Shown here piece after piece: positions 19,138 through 28,763 of a stretch of 64,000 bases of DNA. The notes under the pieces were generated by a model. That model was not told the origin of the DNA and searched no databases. It saw nothing but the letters and a program-made list of their open reading frames with translations. A program made the position numbers and the translations under genes. The DNA is from Candidatus Woesearchaeota archaeon. Lineage in GTDB: Archaea > Nanobdellota > Nanobdellia > Woesearchaeales > JAGLXL01. The stretch lies in NCBI GenBank assembly GCA_030640025.1, contig DAOWKC010000002.1, forward strand, positions 4,029-68,028, in the 5' to 3' direction. Within the stretch, counting starts at the first letter, position 1, and every line of letters starts with the position of its first letter.

Positions 19138-19622
19138 ATTCTCATTCTCAGGGTTTTATGATATTCTTTAAACCCGTATTTTTGATAAAACTTTAATGCA
19201 CGGTCATTATTGTGATTTAATTGAAGTTCTAAAAATTTAATTTTTTGTTTTTTGTAAAATTTCTTAACTTCTTCCATAAATTTTTTGCCAATACCTTGTT
19301 TCCTATATTTTTCATCGACATAAATGTCACTGATATAAACATATTTTTCTATTTTGTAGATTGGAATATTTCTTTTAATCAAAGATAAACAATAACCAAT
19401 TGGTTTTTCTCCATAATAAGCGATTAATGCCAAATTTTTTTTATTTTTAATGATGGAAAGGGCATGTTTTTTCCAAATTGAACTGGAATTTTTCTTTTTT
19501 TGATTATAAAACCGATCATCTTTGGTGTAAAGATTTTTTGAGTGGTGGCTAACCAATTCATCGCCTAATTTATCAATAATTGGAATTTCATTATCCTTTG
19601 CTTTTCTGATTATAATTCTCAT
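19134..19622 (-). CDS. GNAT family N-acetyltransferase
   Basis: Acetyl-CoA binding motif [12 protein letters not shown] (Q/RxxGxG/A) and 162 aa. It is inserted between top6B and top6A with 4-nt overlaps. Confidence 0.7.
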   Translation of the reverse strand: MRIIIRKAKDNEIPIIDKLGDELVSHHSKNLYTKDDRFYNQKKKNSSSIWKKHALSIIKNKKNLALIAYYGEKPIGYCLSLIKRNIPIYKIEKYVYISDIYVDEKYRKQGIGKKFMEEVKKFYKKQKIKFLELQLNHNNDRALKFYQKYGFKEYHKTLRMRI

Positions 19623-21331
19623 TCTTTTAATTTAGTTTGTTTATCTTCTTTTTTAGGTTTCTCGGAAACCTTTGGTTTCTGAGACACAGAAGGCTTCTTG
19701 CCTTCTCGTGTTTCTTCTTTACCAATCTTAGCGATTTCTTCATCGTAGTCAGGATTGTCCATTTCTATTTTTTCCAGTTTGCCGCGGTGTTTTTCAAGTA
19801 TTTGAAAAAGTAATTTTTCAACTTTTTCTTTTTCTGTTTTTTTGATGCCAATTAATTCGTGTAAGGCTTCTGAAATGTGTGGGATATAGGTTTCGATGTA
19901 AGAACGCTTTTTGGATTCAGCATGGATTCGGCGTTTTTTATTGATGAAAATGCCTAATTGACGGCCGCATTCCCTGACTGCTAATTTAATGTCTTTAATG
20001 ATTTCTGGATAATGGGCAATGGCTTCTTTTGATTCAGAAGTAAAAGGCACCCAGACAGAAGCCATGTGAACAACTAAAGTTAAAGGACCAACTGGCAAGG
20101 ATCGTTTTGATTGGGATAAGCCATAAGGATTCCAGGCAATCTGCTGGACAGCTTGGGTAATGGCGCAAGCACCGGGCTGGTAGATTAAAGGAACGCGGTT
20201 GGCATACCTTAAAAGACGGATAGTGCCTTCTTTATCTTGCTCTCCGCCATAAGCAAGTCCAACTTCAATGAGAAAGGGGTTGCCTCTGTAAACAGATGGC
20301 GACCGGGTGACAGAACAATAAAATTCAGCATTGATTTCTTTTCTCAAACCTTTTTCAAGTAATTCGGCGCCAATTGGTGAGAGGCAGTTTGTTGGTGGTG
20401 AAATTATTTTGGTGGCTTGAATGCCTTTGTACAGTTGTTCAGTCATATCTCTGGAGATGGTTTTTGGCCTAGACTTAGGAAGGAGTTTAGCATTTTGGCA
20501 AATTTCTTTGGCTGTGCCAGGACCAACTCGGGAAAAATCTGTTTGAAGAAAAGACTGTAAGGTGCGGGCCTTAGTGGATTGAAGCATCTTGATGAGTATG
20601 CCTAATTCCACACCATAAGGATGGGGTTTGATTTCTTTTGGTTCAACAGGAAGTTCTTCTGTGGCTCGGGCAAAAATAATTTGTTCTGCTAAAGGATTAG
20701 TATAGATAATAGTGGTGTGGGGATTGGTGATGGCTGTTTCTTTGATATATTCATCAACAGACTGTTTGCCTTTGAAATAAGCACCTTCTAATTCCATTTC
20801 GATTTTAATGCCATGGTCTTTGTTTTTCCATTCGATTTGATCATCTTTGATAATTTGAGGTTCATTAGTTTTGGTATTGATTTTTAAGGTGAATTGGTGA
20901 GCTTTCTTTTTGGGATCAGTTTTAGAAGTGATGAGGGTTGGTTTGCCAGTGGTTAATTGTGAGTAGAGAACTGCAGCTGAAATACCAATTCCCTGCTGGC
21001 CTCGTGATTGTGATAATTTGTGGAATTTTGAGCCATAAAGAAGTTTAGCAAAAATTTTTGGAATTTGGGCTCTGACAATACCTGGACCATTGTCTTCGAT
21101 AGTGATTTTGAAACGGGTTTCTGAAAGTTCAACAATTTCAACACTAATTTCTGGTAAAACTCTGGCTTCTTCGGCTGCATCTAAAGAATTGTCAACAGCT
21201 TCTTTGATGGTGGTAAGAAGGGATTTTCTAGGATTATCAAATCCTAATAAATGGCGGTTTTTTTCAAAGAATTCTGCAACAGAAATTTCTCTTTGTTTTT
21301 TGGCTAATTCTTTAGCATGGACTTTAAGCAT
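19619..21331 (-). CDS. top6B: DNA topoisomerase VI subunit B (GHKL ATPase) with a Lys-rich C-terminal tail
   Basis: Bergerat fold motifs EAVDNSLDA and DNGPGI, plus a transducer domain. The C-terminus [26 protein letters not shown] is low-complexity. Confidence 0.85.
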   Translation of the reverse strand: MLKVHAKELAKKQREISVAEFFEKNRHLLGFDNPRKSLLTTIKEAVDNSLDAAEEARVLPEISVEIVELSETRFKITIEDNGPGIVRAQIPKIFAKLLYGSKFHKLSQSRGQQGIGISAAVLYSQLTTGKPTLITSKTDPKKKAHQFTLKINTKTNEPQIIKDDQIEWKNKDHGIKIEMELEGAYFKGKQSVDEYIKETAITNPHTTIIYTNPLAEQIIFARATEELPVEPKEIKPHPYGVELGILIKMLQSTKARTLQSFLQTDFSRVGPGTAKEICQNAKLLPKSRPKTISRDMTEQLYKGIQATKIISPPTNCLSPIGAELLEKGLRKEINAEFYCSVTRSPSVYRGNPFLIEVGLAYGGEQDKEGTIRLLRYANRVPLIYQPGACAITQAVQQIAWNPYGLSQSKRSLPVGPLTLVVHMASVWVPFTSESKEAIAHYPEIIKDIKLAVRECGRQLGIFINKKRRIHAESKKRSYIETYIPHISEALHELIGIKKTEKEKVEKLLFQILEKHRGKLEKIEMDNPDYDEEIAKIGKEETREGKKPSVSQKPKVSEKPKKEDKQTKLKE

Positions 21332-21400
21332 GATTTTGGAGAAAAAGCGGGAATTTATAAAGATTTTGATTAAGTTTTGTTGTTACTTTTAAGTGATTAA

Positions 21401-21420
21401 AAACCGAAAGGTTTATAAAG
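21401..21420 (+). promoter_or_regulatory. archaeal BRE/TATA promoter (AAACCGAAAGGTTTATAAAG) for a leaderless mRNA
   Basis: A purine-rich BRE followed by the TTTATAAA TATA box, about 25-30 nt upstream of the ATGs at 21442/21454. The same AAAAACCGAAANNTTTATA motif recurs at 24939..24960. Confidence 0.55.
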
Positions 21421-21453
21421 GATTAATTCAAATTAAGTTTATTGAGGTTTAAA

Positions 21454-22368
21454 ATGCAAGAATTAAACATAGGTATTGTGACAGATTCTCATTCAGGCAG
21501 ATTTGATAAGAAAATAGTTGAAGCTTTGAAAGGACATGATTTAGATTCTGTAGCTTATTTAGGAGATGTACCAAGTAATATAAGGGCTCCATTTAGAAAT
21601 CAACTTCGAGAGATAACTAGAAGTTTGCTGACTTTTGATGAGATTGGGGTGCCTGTTTTTTGGATACCTGGCGATTATGAAGATTGTCAGGCTTATAAAA
21701 TTGCTTTTGATGAGTTGGATGATGAATTAAATTTTGTTCATGATATAACACAAAAAGGTTGGAAAGGTGTTGTCCAGTTTGAGGATTATGATTTTGTTTT
21801 TATTCCTGGTTCAGCTGTGCCTGAATTTACCCGAGGATTTCATATAAAGTATGATACAAAAACTGGCATCTATGAAACTAATAAAGGGCCACTTTATTTT
21901 TTTAATCCAAATGATTTGAGAGAGATAGTAAAAAATCCTGAGAAAACAGTTGTTTTTGCGCATCAACCGTGTTATATTGACGGGGAGAGGACTATAGACT
22001 TAGCAATCCATGCTGCTGGAATTGTTGGTCCTGGGGCACATGAATTGATTAGAATGAAACGAGCAAGACCAGTGCCAAGTCATCAAGGTGATAAGAGATT
22101 AACAGAATTGTTGAAAGAGTTAGGAATTGAGAAGGGTTGTTTCGGGGATGTTCATGAAGGTGTGGTAATTAATGATCTTGATGGCAGAATAATTGAAGAA
22201 GGGCAATATTCTGACCAATTATTTGGAAATCCTGGTCCGGCTAAAGAAGGAGATTATGGTATTTTGAAATTAAGAGGTGACGGCAAAGCAGCCATGAATA
22301 GGTATAATGTAACTGGAGAGAAAAGAGATTATTTACATGAGTTGACAAGTCCGATTATTCGTCTATAA
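21454..22368 (+). CDS. metallophosphoesterase (calcineurin-like phosphoesterase family)
   Basis: IGIVTDSHSG ... YLGDV ... GDYEDC ... FAHQP ... GDVHEG metal-ligand motifs of the MPP family. Confidence 0.65.
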   Translation: MQELNIGIVTDSHSGRFDKKIVEALKGHDLDSVAYLGDVPSNIRAPFRNQLREITRSLLTFDEIGVPVFWIPGDYEDCQAYKIAFDELDDELNFVHDITQKGWKGVVQFEDYDFVFIPGSAVPEFTRGFHIKYDTKTGIYETNKGPLYFFNPNDLREIVKNPEKTVVFAHQPCYIDGERTIDLAIHAAGIVGPGAHELIRMKRARPVPSHQGDKRLTELLKELGIEKGCFGDVHEGVVINDLDGRIIEEGQYSDQLFGNPGPAKEGDYGILKLRGDGKAAMNRYNVTGEKRDYLHELTSPIIRL

Positions 22369-22393
22369 AAATTTGGTTTGTAGAAATCAAATC

Positions 22394-22999
22394 TTATCTT
22401 CCGATTTTTAAAGATAAACCGTCTCGGACAATGTTTTTAATTAATGGATTTTGCTTCTTTCTAACTGCAGGAATAAATTCATTAATAGTAAAAATATGAA
22501 ATTGAATTTCATTAGAATAGTTATTCTCGAATGAAAGAGATTTTATTTTTTGTTCGATTCGGGGATTGTGTTTTTCTATTAAAACGCATAAATCAATATC
22601 TGATTTAGGGGTGTCTCGCCCTTTTGATATACTTCCAAACAAAAAAATATCAACTAAATTTTTTCCAGCAATTTTGATTATTTTTAATTCTATCTCTGAA
22701 AGAATCTTGTAAAACTTAGTTGTTTTCAAGGGTAATCTTTTTCTTTCTTCTTTAAATAATTCAGCAATTGAACGGGTAATAGGAGAATCAATAATAAATT
22801 TATAATACATTTTATCGGTGGCGGTTTTTCTTGTGAGAGTACCTTCATAATGAAGTATCTTTAAAGAATCGTAAACATTTTTTAGGCCGGCCCCTATCTC
22901 TTTAGCAATTTCTTCTATAGAAAAAAATTGATTATCAAATTTTGTCAGAAATCTTAGAATCCTAATATTTGTTTTATTACTAAAAATGTGGTCAAGCAT
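22394..22999 (-). CDS. wHTH-fused minimal nucleotidyltransferase (MNT / Pol-beta superfamily)
   Basis: The C-terminal half carries the NTase signature LFGSISKGRDTPKSDIDLCVL (GS...D.D). The N-terminal half (IRILRFLTK...FSIEEIAKEIG) looks like a MarR/ArsR-type winged helix. Confidence 0.65.
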   Translation of the reverse strand: MLDHIFSNKTNIRILRFLTKFDNQFFSIEEIAKEIGAGLKNVYDSLKILHYEGTLTRKTATDKMYYKFIIDSPITRSIAELFKEERKRLPLKTTKFYKILSEIELKIIKIAGKNLVDIFLFGSISKGRDTPKSDIDLCVLIEKHNPRIEQKIKSLSFENNYSNEIQFHIFTINEFIPAVRKKQNPLIKNIVRDGLSLKIGR

Positions 23000-23555
23000 T
23001 TGTCAATTCCTCTAATATAAAAAGAAAGGGTTCCACAATTTTTTCAATAAAGGTTTTAGCATCGTCGGGCGTTAGTTGAAGGGGGTCTTTTCTTCCAGGA
23101 GCAACGTCTGAATAATAAGTGATTTTTTTACCTTGATAAAAACCCTCATCAATTAAATCTTTTACAACCTTTCTGGCAAAATGACTTTTATCGTTGTACT
23201 GATAAAGAAGAAATTGAAACTTGTCAACTGCTGCTTCGTATAATTCAATTAATTTTGTGTGGTGCTCAGAACCCTGTGTATAAAAATCAAGAACTGTCCT
23301 CATGTTTTTATGAGTGCTTCCAAAAGTTTCATCGAGTTTTATTTTATACTTTTTAACCAAGAATAAAGCTGCTGCGGCATACATTGCATTATAGCCTTGG
23401 ATAAATATTTGCCTAGGTACTTTTTTTTGTTCAAGAAACATTTCATAAGCTATGATTGATTCGTCTCTAGCTAGTTCATTAAAATCGATAGCTCTATCTA
23501 CATCTGGTGGTGATAAGTCTTTACAAAAATTTTTAATTTCTTCAATGGTTGTCAT
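22992..23555 (-). CDS. HEPN-like all-helical protein, putative partner of the adjacent MNT
   Basis: 187 aa, all-helical, immediately upstream of and 8-nt overlapping the MNT gene. This is the canonical HEPN-MNT gene order. No clean Rx4-6H motif was found (only ...GSTHKNMRTV...), so the assignment is tentative. Confidence 0.4.
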   Translation of the reverse strand: MTTIEEIKNFCKDLSPPDVDRAIDFNELARDESIIAYEMFLEQKKVPRQIFIQGYNAMYAAAALFLVKKYKIKLDETFGSTHKNMRTVLDFYTQGSEHHTKLIELYEAAVDKFQFLLYQYNDKSHFARKVVKDLIDEGFYQGKKITYYSDVAPGRKDPLQLTPDDAKTFIEKIVEPFLFILEELTNA

Positions 23556-23564
23556 TTTGTGCGT

Positions 23565-23634
23565 TTACATAATATATTTTGTGTAAAAACACAATACTAT
23601 AAAAGCTTTTCTCAAATTTTGTGTAAACCCACAA
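23565..23634 (-). promoter_or_regulatory. promoter region of the HEPN/MNT operon with two palindromic operator-like sites (TTGTGTAAAnnCACAA)
   Basis: TTTTGTGTAAAAACACAA and TTTTGTGTAAACCCACAA direct copies (each an internal TTGTG/CACAA inverted repeat), plus a TATA-like CTTTTATAGTA on the coding strand. Confidence 0.45.
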
Positions 23635-23640
23635 AGCTTG

Positions 23641-24183
23641 TTATTGCGCTAATTTATTGGCGTATCCCTGTCGTTTCATTTTTTCTAAGAACTTAAAGAC
23701 AGAAGCATGAGTGGCGCCTTGCAATAAGTTTTCAATGGCCTTTCTAGCATTGGGAACGTCTTCGACTCGGCCAATAACAGCAATGGTTTTGCCGTAGACA
23801 GAGATTTCTGAATCTGTCAAGGTTTCGATTTCTCTTTTTGATTTGCCGTCACGTCCAATAACACGTCCTCTGAGGCGGATAAGAGCTTGTTTGTTTTTGC
23901 CGGCAAAGTCTCTTAAATCAACAACTTCTAAGATGTAATCTGATTTTAAAAGCTGCAAAGCTGTTTCTGGATTAAAACCGCGGGCAATAGCACGGATAAT
24001 TTCTTTGGCATCGTAAAGTTTGAGGCCATCGTCAGCAGAGATAGTGATGTCGCCTTCTTGAGAATTAACATTGATTTGGGTGTCTGTGGAATCTTCGATT
24101 TGTTTTTTGATATCTCCTTCAGTACCTATTAAAACTCCAATACGGTCTTTGGGAATCTTTAAAGTGAAGTTGAATTCATTCAT
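23641..24183 (-). CDS. KH-domain RNA-binding protein (Dim2/Pno1-like, two KH domains)
   Basis: KIPKDRIGVLIGTEGDIKKQIE and RVIGRDGKSKREIE are GXXG KH loops. This is a conserved archaeal pair with the upstream Rio kinase. Confidence 0.7.
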   Translation of the reverse strand: MNEFNFTLKIPKDRIGVLIGTEGDIKKQIEDSTDTQINVNSQEGDITISADDGLKLYDAKEIIRAIARGFNPETALQLLKSDYILEVVDLRDFAGKNKQALIRLRGRVIGRDGKSKREIETLTDSEISVYGKTIAVIGRVEDVPNARKAIENLLQGATHASVFKFLEKMKRQGYANKLAQ

Positions 24184-24875
24184 TTTTTTATTTCTTTAAG
24201 CAGGTTTTCATAGGTTATTTTTAAACCTTTTTTCTTAAAGTAGTTAAAAATAGTTTTTAAATCTCTTTCAAATAATTCTCGGAAGCGAGGATTATCTTTA
24301 GTAGTGGTATGAGAGAAGTCGATGAAAACAGGTTTTTCATTGTGGTTTAGTATGTTGAAGGCTGAGAGATCGCCATGAGTTAAGTTGTGTTGGTAGAGGT
24401 TTTTAATGATTTTAATGACTTGGTTGAGGAATTCTTTTGGTTTTTGAGGATATTGGTCTTTTAATTTGGGAGCTGGGTTTTGATTACCAATGAATTCTTC
24501 AATCAGGACGTTGTTTTTAAAGGCAATTGGGATAGGGGCTGGGACATTGGCGTCACGAACGTTTAAAAGGTTGCGGTATTCTCTTTGGCACCAAGCAAAA
24601 ATAACCTTTCTTCTATTTTTTTTTAAGCCAAGAAAGCGGGGATCAGTCTGGATGTATTCATATAAGCGGTTAAAATCACATGTTTCTAATCTGTAAATTT
24701 TGATAATAAGACGTTTGCCTTGTTTGGTTAGAGCAGTGAAGATATTGCTTTCCTTGCCGATAGAAATAGGACTTTCTAAATCCTCAAAATGGCCTTTTGA
24801 AGATAGTTCGAAAAGAGTTCTGAGGGTAAAGTTATCGAAAACTCCTTCATAAGTTTTAAATTTCTCTTTGGTCAT
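24180..24875 (-). CDS. rio1: RIO-type serine/threonine protein kinase (Rio1-like)
   Basis: Catalytic motifs THGDLSAFNIL and FIDFSH, with the atypical RIO fold lacking an activation loop. 231 aa. Confidence 0.75.
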   Translation of the reverse strand: MTKEKFKTYEGVFDNFTLRTLFELSSKGHFEDLESPISIGKESNIFTALTKQGKRLIIKIYRLETCDFNRLYEYIQTDPRFLGLKKNRRKVIFAWCQREYRNLLNVRDANVPAPIPIAFKNNVLIEEFIGNQNPAPKLKDQYPQKPKEFLNQVIKIIKNLYQHNLTHGDLSAFNILNHNEKPVFIDFSHTTTKDNPRFRELFERDLKTIFNYFKKKGLKITYENLLKEIKK

Positions 24876-24938
24876 TAAGTAGTATAAAAAGGGGCTCTTT
24901 ATAAAAGTTTTTAGGTAGTTTTACTCTTTAATAGTGGT

Positions 24939-24960
24939 AAAAACCGAAACCTTTATATAT
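24939..24960 (+). promoter_or_regulatory. second copy of the BRE/TATA motif (AAAAACCGAAACCTTTATATAT) with no protein gene downstream
   Basis: Same motif as at 21401. The next 400 nt have no credible ORF, since the 90-aa ORF 24934..25206 is low-complexity. Confidence 0.5.
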
Positions 24961-24984
24961 AAGCACTACTCACTGATAGTTAAT

Positions 24985-25260
24985 CGTTTAAACACCTCCG
25001 ATTTTACCTCAGTAAACTCTGTTTACTGGGGTTTAATCACCTTTATATTCAATCACCTCTTTTTCCCCAGTAAGAGGGTTTCGGCCCTCTTGCTAGGGTT
25101 TACTTCAATATTGAAAAGAAATAGCTTGAGCTCTGGTTTTGGAATGATAAAGTTTATATATAACCCATGTATATTTTATTTAAACGCCCGCAACAGAGTT
25201 ACTTAATGGAGTTGCGCTAATCTAGCAGGCAATGAAATTGAGGGTTAGTTTCGGGCTTCA
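24985..25260 (+). ncRNA. candidate structured non-coding RNA (unknown class)
   Basis: Downstream of the promoter motif there is an 8-bp hairpin CAGTAAAC-UCU-GUUUACUG, a 14-bp imperfect hairpin CCCCAGTAAGAGGG-TTTCGG-CCCTCTTGCTAGGG, and a tandem AATCACCT direct repeat. The intergenic region is 527 nt in a genome with typically 30-100 nt spacers. Confidence 0.35.
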
Positions 25261-25417
25261 TATCACAATTATTTGATACAAAAAGTAAACAAAAAATATA
25301 GAACAAGATTATAATCATCACAAATTCATTCACATATAAAATGGTAAGTTTCAGAGAAGCAAAATAAATGAATTAAAATCAAGATAGCTTGTTCTATTGT
25401 AAATGTGGGGGATTAAA

Positions 25418-26647
25418 ATGGGTAAAATAAGCCCAGTCTCATCAAAATATATTATTCACGCTAATATTGGCATTGAAGGAGTGGTTGATAGACCTGACGT
25501 CATTGGCGCTATTTTTGGCCAAACAGAAGGTTTACTTGGCTCTGATTTAGAGTTAAGAGAACTACAAAGAAGCGGAAGAATTGGCAGAATTGAAGTTAAT
25601 GTCAATACTAGTTCTGGCAAGACACAAGGGGAAATTACAATACCAAGTTCTCTAGATAAGGCTGAAACAGCGATTGTGGGAGCAGCTTTAGAAGTTATCC
25701 AAAGAATTGGACCATGTAATGCTAAAATCGAAGTTAAGAAGGTTGAAGACGTGCGTATTTCAAAGAGAAACTTTGTAATTGAAAGAGCTAAGCAATTACT
25801 TCGTGATCTAACTGAAAATTCTTTGCCAGATTCACAAGAATTAGCTGATGAAGTAGCTCAAAGTGTTAGAGTTATGGAAATCCAAGAATACGGCAAGGAA
25901 AGACTGCCTGCAGGTCCAAATGTAGAGGATTCTGATGAAATTATTGTTGTAGAAGGCAGAGCTGATGTCTTGAATTTATTGAAACACGGCATCAAAAACT
26001 GTATCTCAATTAATGGAACATCTGTACCTTATACTATCAAAGAATTAAGCAAGAAAAAGATCTTGACTGTTTTTGTTGATGGTGACAGAGGCGGTGACTT
26101 GATTATCAAGGAATTATTGGGCGTGGCTGAAATTGACTTTGTCTGCAAAGCACCAGACGGCAAAGAAGTTGAAGAAATCACCAAAAAGGAAATCCATAAG
26201 GCTTTACGGGGCAAAATTGCTGCTGAACAAGCTAAAATGGATTTAAGTTCAGCTCCTGAAAAGCCACATTTTAGAGAAAATAATTTCAGGAAAAGGCCAA
26301 TCTTAAAGAAGATTGAACCTCGACCAATCAAAAGAGTAGAGAAAACCTTGAAAAGTGACGAGAAAGAGAAGTTCAAAGGTATTTTAGACGACTTAACAGG
26401 CACCAGAGGAGCTTATATTCTTGACAATAATTTAGAAGTAATGGGCAAAGTGCCAACAAGTGAGTTGAATACCACAATCCAAAATGTGGGGACTGGAATT
26501 TATGCCATTATTTTAGATGGTGCTGTTGACAAGGATTTAGTCAGAGCAGCAGAAAGAGCTCGAGTCCAGCATGTTGTAGGTATGGATACCAAAGCAGTTA
26601 AAGGTGTTGATACCAGAGTCAATATTGTGACTGATGAAAATCTTTAA
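25418..26647 (+). CDS. dnaG: archaeal DnaG-type primase (Toprim; exosome-associated)
   Basis: N-terminal [32 protein letters not shown] (the archaeal DnaG signature) and Toprim [27 protein letters not shown] ... FVDGDRGGD. Confidence 0.85.
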   Translation: MGKISPVSSKYIIHANIGIEGVVDRPDVIGAIFGQTEGLLGSDLELRELQRSGRIGRIEVNVNTSSGKTQGEITIPSSLDKAETAIVGAALEVIQRIGPCNAKIEVKKVEDVRISKRNFVIERAKQLLRDLTENSLPDSQELADEVAQSVRVMEIQEYGKERLPAGPNVEDSDEIIVVEGRADVLNLLKHGIKNCISINGTSVPYTIKELSKKKILTVFVDGDRGGDLIIKELLGVAEIDFVCKAPDGKEVEEITKKEIHKALRGKIAAEQAKMDLSSAPEKPHFRENNFRKRPILKKIEPRPIKRVEKTLKSDEKEKFKGILDDLTGTRGAYILDNNLEVMGKVPTSELNTTIQNVGTGIYAIILDGAVDKDLVRAAERARVQHVVGMDTKAVKGVDTRVNIVTDENL

Positions 26648-26715
26648 TTTTTTCTTTTAATTTTACTTTCTTTGAAAACACAGCGAAAATATTTATACTC
26701 AGAAGCAAAAACTTC

Positions 26716-26763
26716 TGGCACCAACTACATTGGTTTTCTGGGGTTTGTGTAAACACAAACCTT
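26716..26763 (+). repeat. double-hairpin repeat element, copy 2 (CTTCTGGCACCAACTACATTGGTTTTCTGGGGTTTGTGTAAACACAAACCTT)
   Basis: Same two-hairpin architecture as 11668..11715 (CCAAC..GTTGG-like, then GGGGTTTGT..ACAAACC), again about 70 nt downstream of a + strand stop (dnaG). Confidence 0.6.
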
Positions 26764-26831
26764 ACGAAAATCTGAGATTTTCTAAGTTTTGCGTGCAAAA
26801 CTTTTTATATTGAATAGATTTAATTCTAGTT

Positions 26832-28154
26832 ATGGCTTTTGAGATTATTATAGGCAGAAGTAAAAAGGGTGTAGAGAAGTATAATAGAAGGGGAACGATT
26901 TTTCTCGGCAAGCAGTATATTCAAATGGGGGCAGTCCGTACTTTGGCAAATGAAGTTTATTTAGATGTAGCCAGTTCCCATGTTGTTTTTGTCTGTGGTA
27001 AACGTGGCGGTGGTAAATCTTATACCATGGGTGTGATTGCAGAAGGAGTAGCTAATTTAGAACCAGAAATTAAACAAAATTTAAGTGTGATTATGCTGGA
27101 TACCATGGGAGTTTATTGGACCATGAAGTATCCTAATAACAAAGATTTAGAATTGTTGAAGGAATGGGGTTTGGAGCCTAAGGGTTTGGATGTCAAGATT
27201 TTTACACCAGCGGGTTTTTATGACTCATATAAGAAAAAAGGCATTCCGACTGATGCGCCCTTTGCCATCCAGCCAGCTGATTTAAATCCAGATGACTGGT
27301 GCTTGACTTTTGGAATTGATCATGATTCACCAGCTGGTGTTTTGATTTCCCAGGCAGTTCATGGTGTTCGTGACAAGCAAGGAAATTTTTCTTTGGGTGA
27401 GATAATTGAATGGGTTAAAGGTTTTGACAAAGCAGACGAGCACACTAAAAATATTGTGATTGGGCATTTTCATAAAACAGAAGATTGGGGAATTTTTTCA
27501 AAGGAAGGGACGCCACTTAAGGATTTGGCTCAAGGAGGGCAAGTGACGATCATGGATGTCAGTGCTTATGCAACTTTGCCTAATGGTTGGACAATCAAAT
27601 CCCTGGTGATTGGTCTGATTGCCAAGAAATTGTTTAATGAAAGGATGATTGCCCGGAAAGAAGAAGAGTTTTCTTCGATTGACACTTCAATGCATTATTT
27701 TACTAAGGAGACTAAGGAGAAATTAAAAGAACCATTGGTTTGGCTGGTGATTGATGAAGCCCATGAGATGCTGCCCAGGGAGGGGAAGACAACTGCTTCT
27801 GATGCTTTAATTACGATATTGCGGGAAGGACGTCAGCCAGGGATTTCGTTGATTTTGGCTTCGCAACAGCCTGGGAAGATTCATACAGATGTCATGACAC
27901 AAAGTGATACTGTTATTTCCCATCGGCTGACAGCGAAGATTGATGTGGATGCTTTGGAGCAAATATCACAGACCTATGCTAAAGGCGGGATTTCTGATAA
28001 ATTAAATATTTTACCTCGGGTGAAGGGTTCGGCGGTTGTATTTGATGATATGAATGAAAAAGTTTTTCCAATCCAAGTTCGTCCTCGGGTTACTTGGCAC
28101 GGCGGAGCTGCGCCAACAGCCATGATAGAAAAGATTAAAGGTTTTGGAAAGTAG
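26832..28154 (+). CDS. HerA-like / DUF87 P-loop ATPase (HAS-barrel N-terminus)
   Basis: Walker A VCGKRGGGKSYTMGV and Walker B LVWLVIDEAHEM. N-terminal IIIGRSKKG...IFLGKQYIQMG resembles a HAS barrel. No NurA/Mre11/Rad50 neighbours. Confidence 0.6.
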   Translation: MAFEIIIGRSKKGVEKYNRRGTIFLGKQYIQMGAVRTLANEVYLDVASSHVVFVCGKRGGGKSYTMGVIAEGVANLEPEIKQNLSVIMLDTMGVYWTMKYPNNKDLELLKEWGLEPKGLDVKIFTPAGFYDSYKKKGIPTDAPFAIQPADLNPDDWCLTFGIDHDSPAGVLISQAVHGVRDKQGNFSLGEIIEWVKGFDKADEHTKNIVIGHFHKTEDWGIFSKEGTPLKDLAQGGQVTIMDVSAYATLPNGWTIKSLVIGLIAKKLFNERMIARKEEEFSSIDTSMHYFTKETKEKLKEPLVWLVIDEAHEMLPREGKTTASDALITILREGRQPGISLILASQQPGKIHTDVMTQSDTVISHRLTAKIDVDALEQISQTYAKGGISDKLNILPRVKGSAVVFDDMNEKVFPIQVRPRVTWHGGAAPTAMIEKIKGFGK

Positions 28155-28197
28155 TTTTTTGAGAATAATAAAATATTTAAAGATTGGTTTCTAGATT

Positions 28198-28500
28198 ATG
28201 ATTATGTCATTTTCAAAGAATTTTCCTAGGACTATTGAAGGAAGTAATTATCCGCGGTGGGAAGAGGTGTTTTTGACAGAGCTGGAGGAGAAGGAAGTTG
28301 AGGAGAAATCAAAGCAGGAAAATCTGGCTTTGATGAAAGAGTGTATTGAAGATGCTCGCCAGATCATGAAGGAGAAAGGATTGAAGGAATACCAAAGCGA
28401 TTTAGTTGCTTTGGCAATTTCTTTGTTTGAGAAAAGATCTTCTCATGTAGTTTATCATAAAGAAAGTAAAGCAAAAGAAAAATTTGATGCGCAGCGCTGA
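28198..28500 (+). CDS. hypothetical acidic helical protein (100 aa)
   Basis: Intact ORF with no motif. Confidence 0.35.
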   Translation: MIMSFSKNFPRTIEGSNYPRWEEVFLTELEEKEVEEKSKQENLALMKECIEDARQIMKEKGLKEYQSDLVALAISLFEKRSSHVVYHKESKAKEKFDAQR

Positions 28501-28731
28501 TTATTTTTTATACTTAGGCAGAGGCGGAGCCCGGGTCATGTTAATAACAGCAGTAATAAACATGAGGCTGAAAAAGATCAGGAAAGTTAGGCCCCAATTA
28601 TAACTGAGCGGAAAAACCCAGAGAGCAGAAATAATAAAACCAAGGATGGCAGTGAGCATAAAGGATGCTGGTAAAGGAGCAGGAATCCATTTTTTGCTGA
28701 TTTTTATTTTTTTAACTTTTCTTTTGGCCAT
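28501..28731 (-). CDS. small membrane protein (2 TM)
   Basis: 76-aa ORF with two hydrophobic helices. Confidence 0.35.
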   Translation of the reverse strand: MAKRKVKKIKISKKWIPAPLPASFMLTAILGFIISALWVFPLSYNWGLTFLIFFSLMFITAVINMTRAPPLPKYKK

Positions 28732-28763
28732 TTTAAAACACCTCTCTTTTAAATAGGAATGAT

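Noticed and set aside
24934-25206. 90-aa ORF in the long intergenic region
   Set aside because: Hydrophobic low-complexity translation with no start context. The region is better explained as non-coding or structured RNA.
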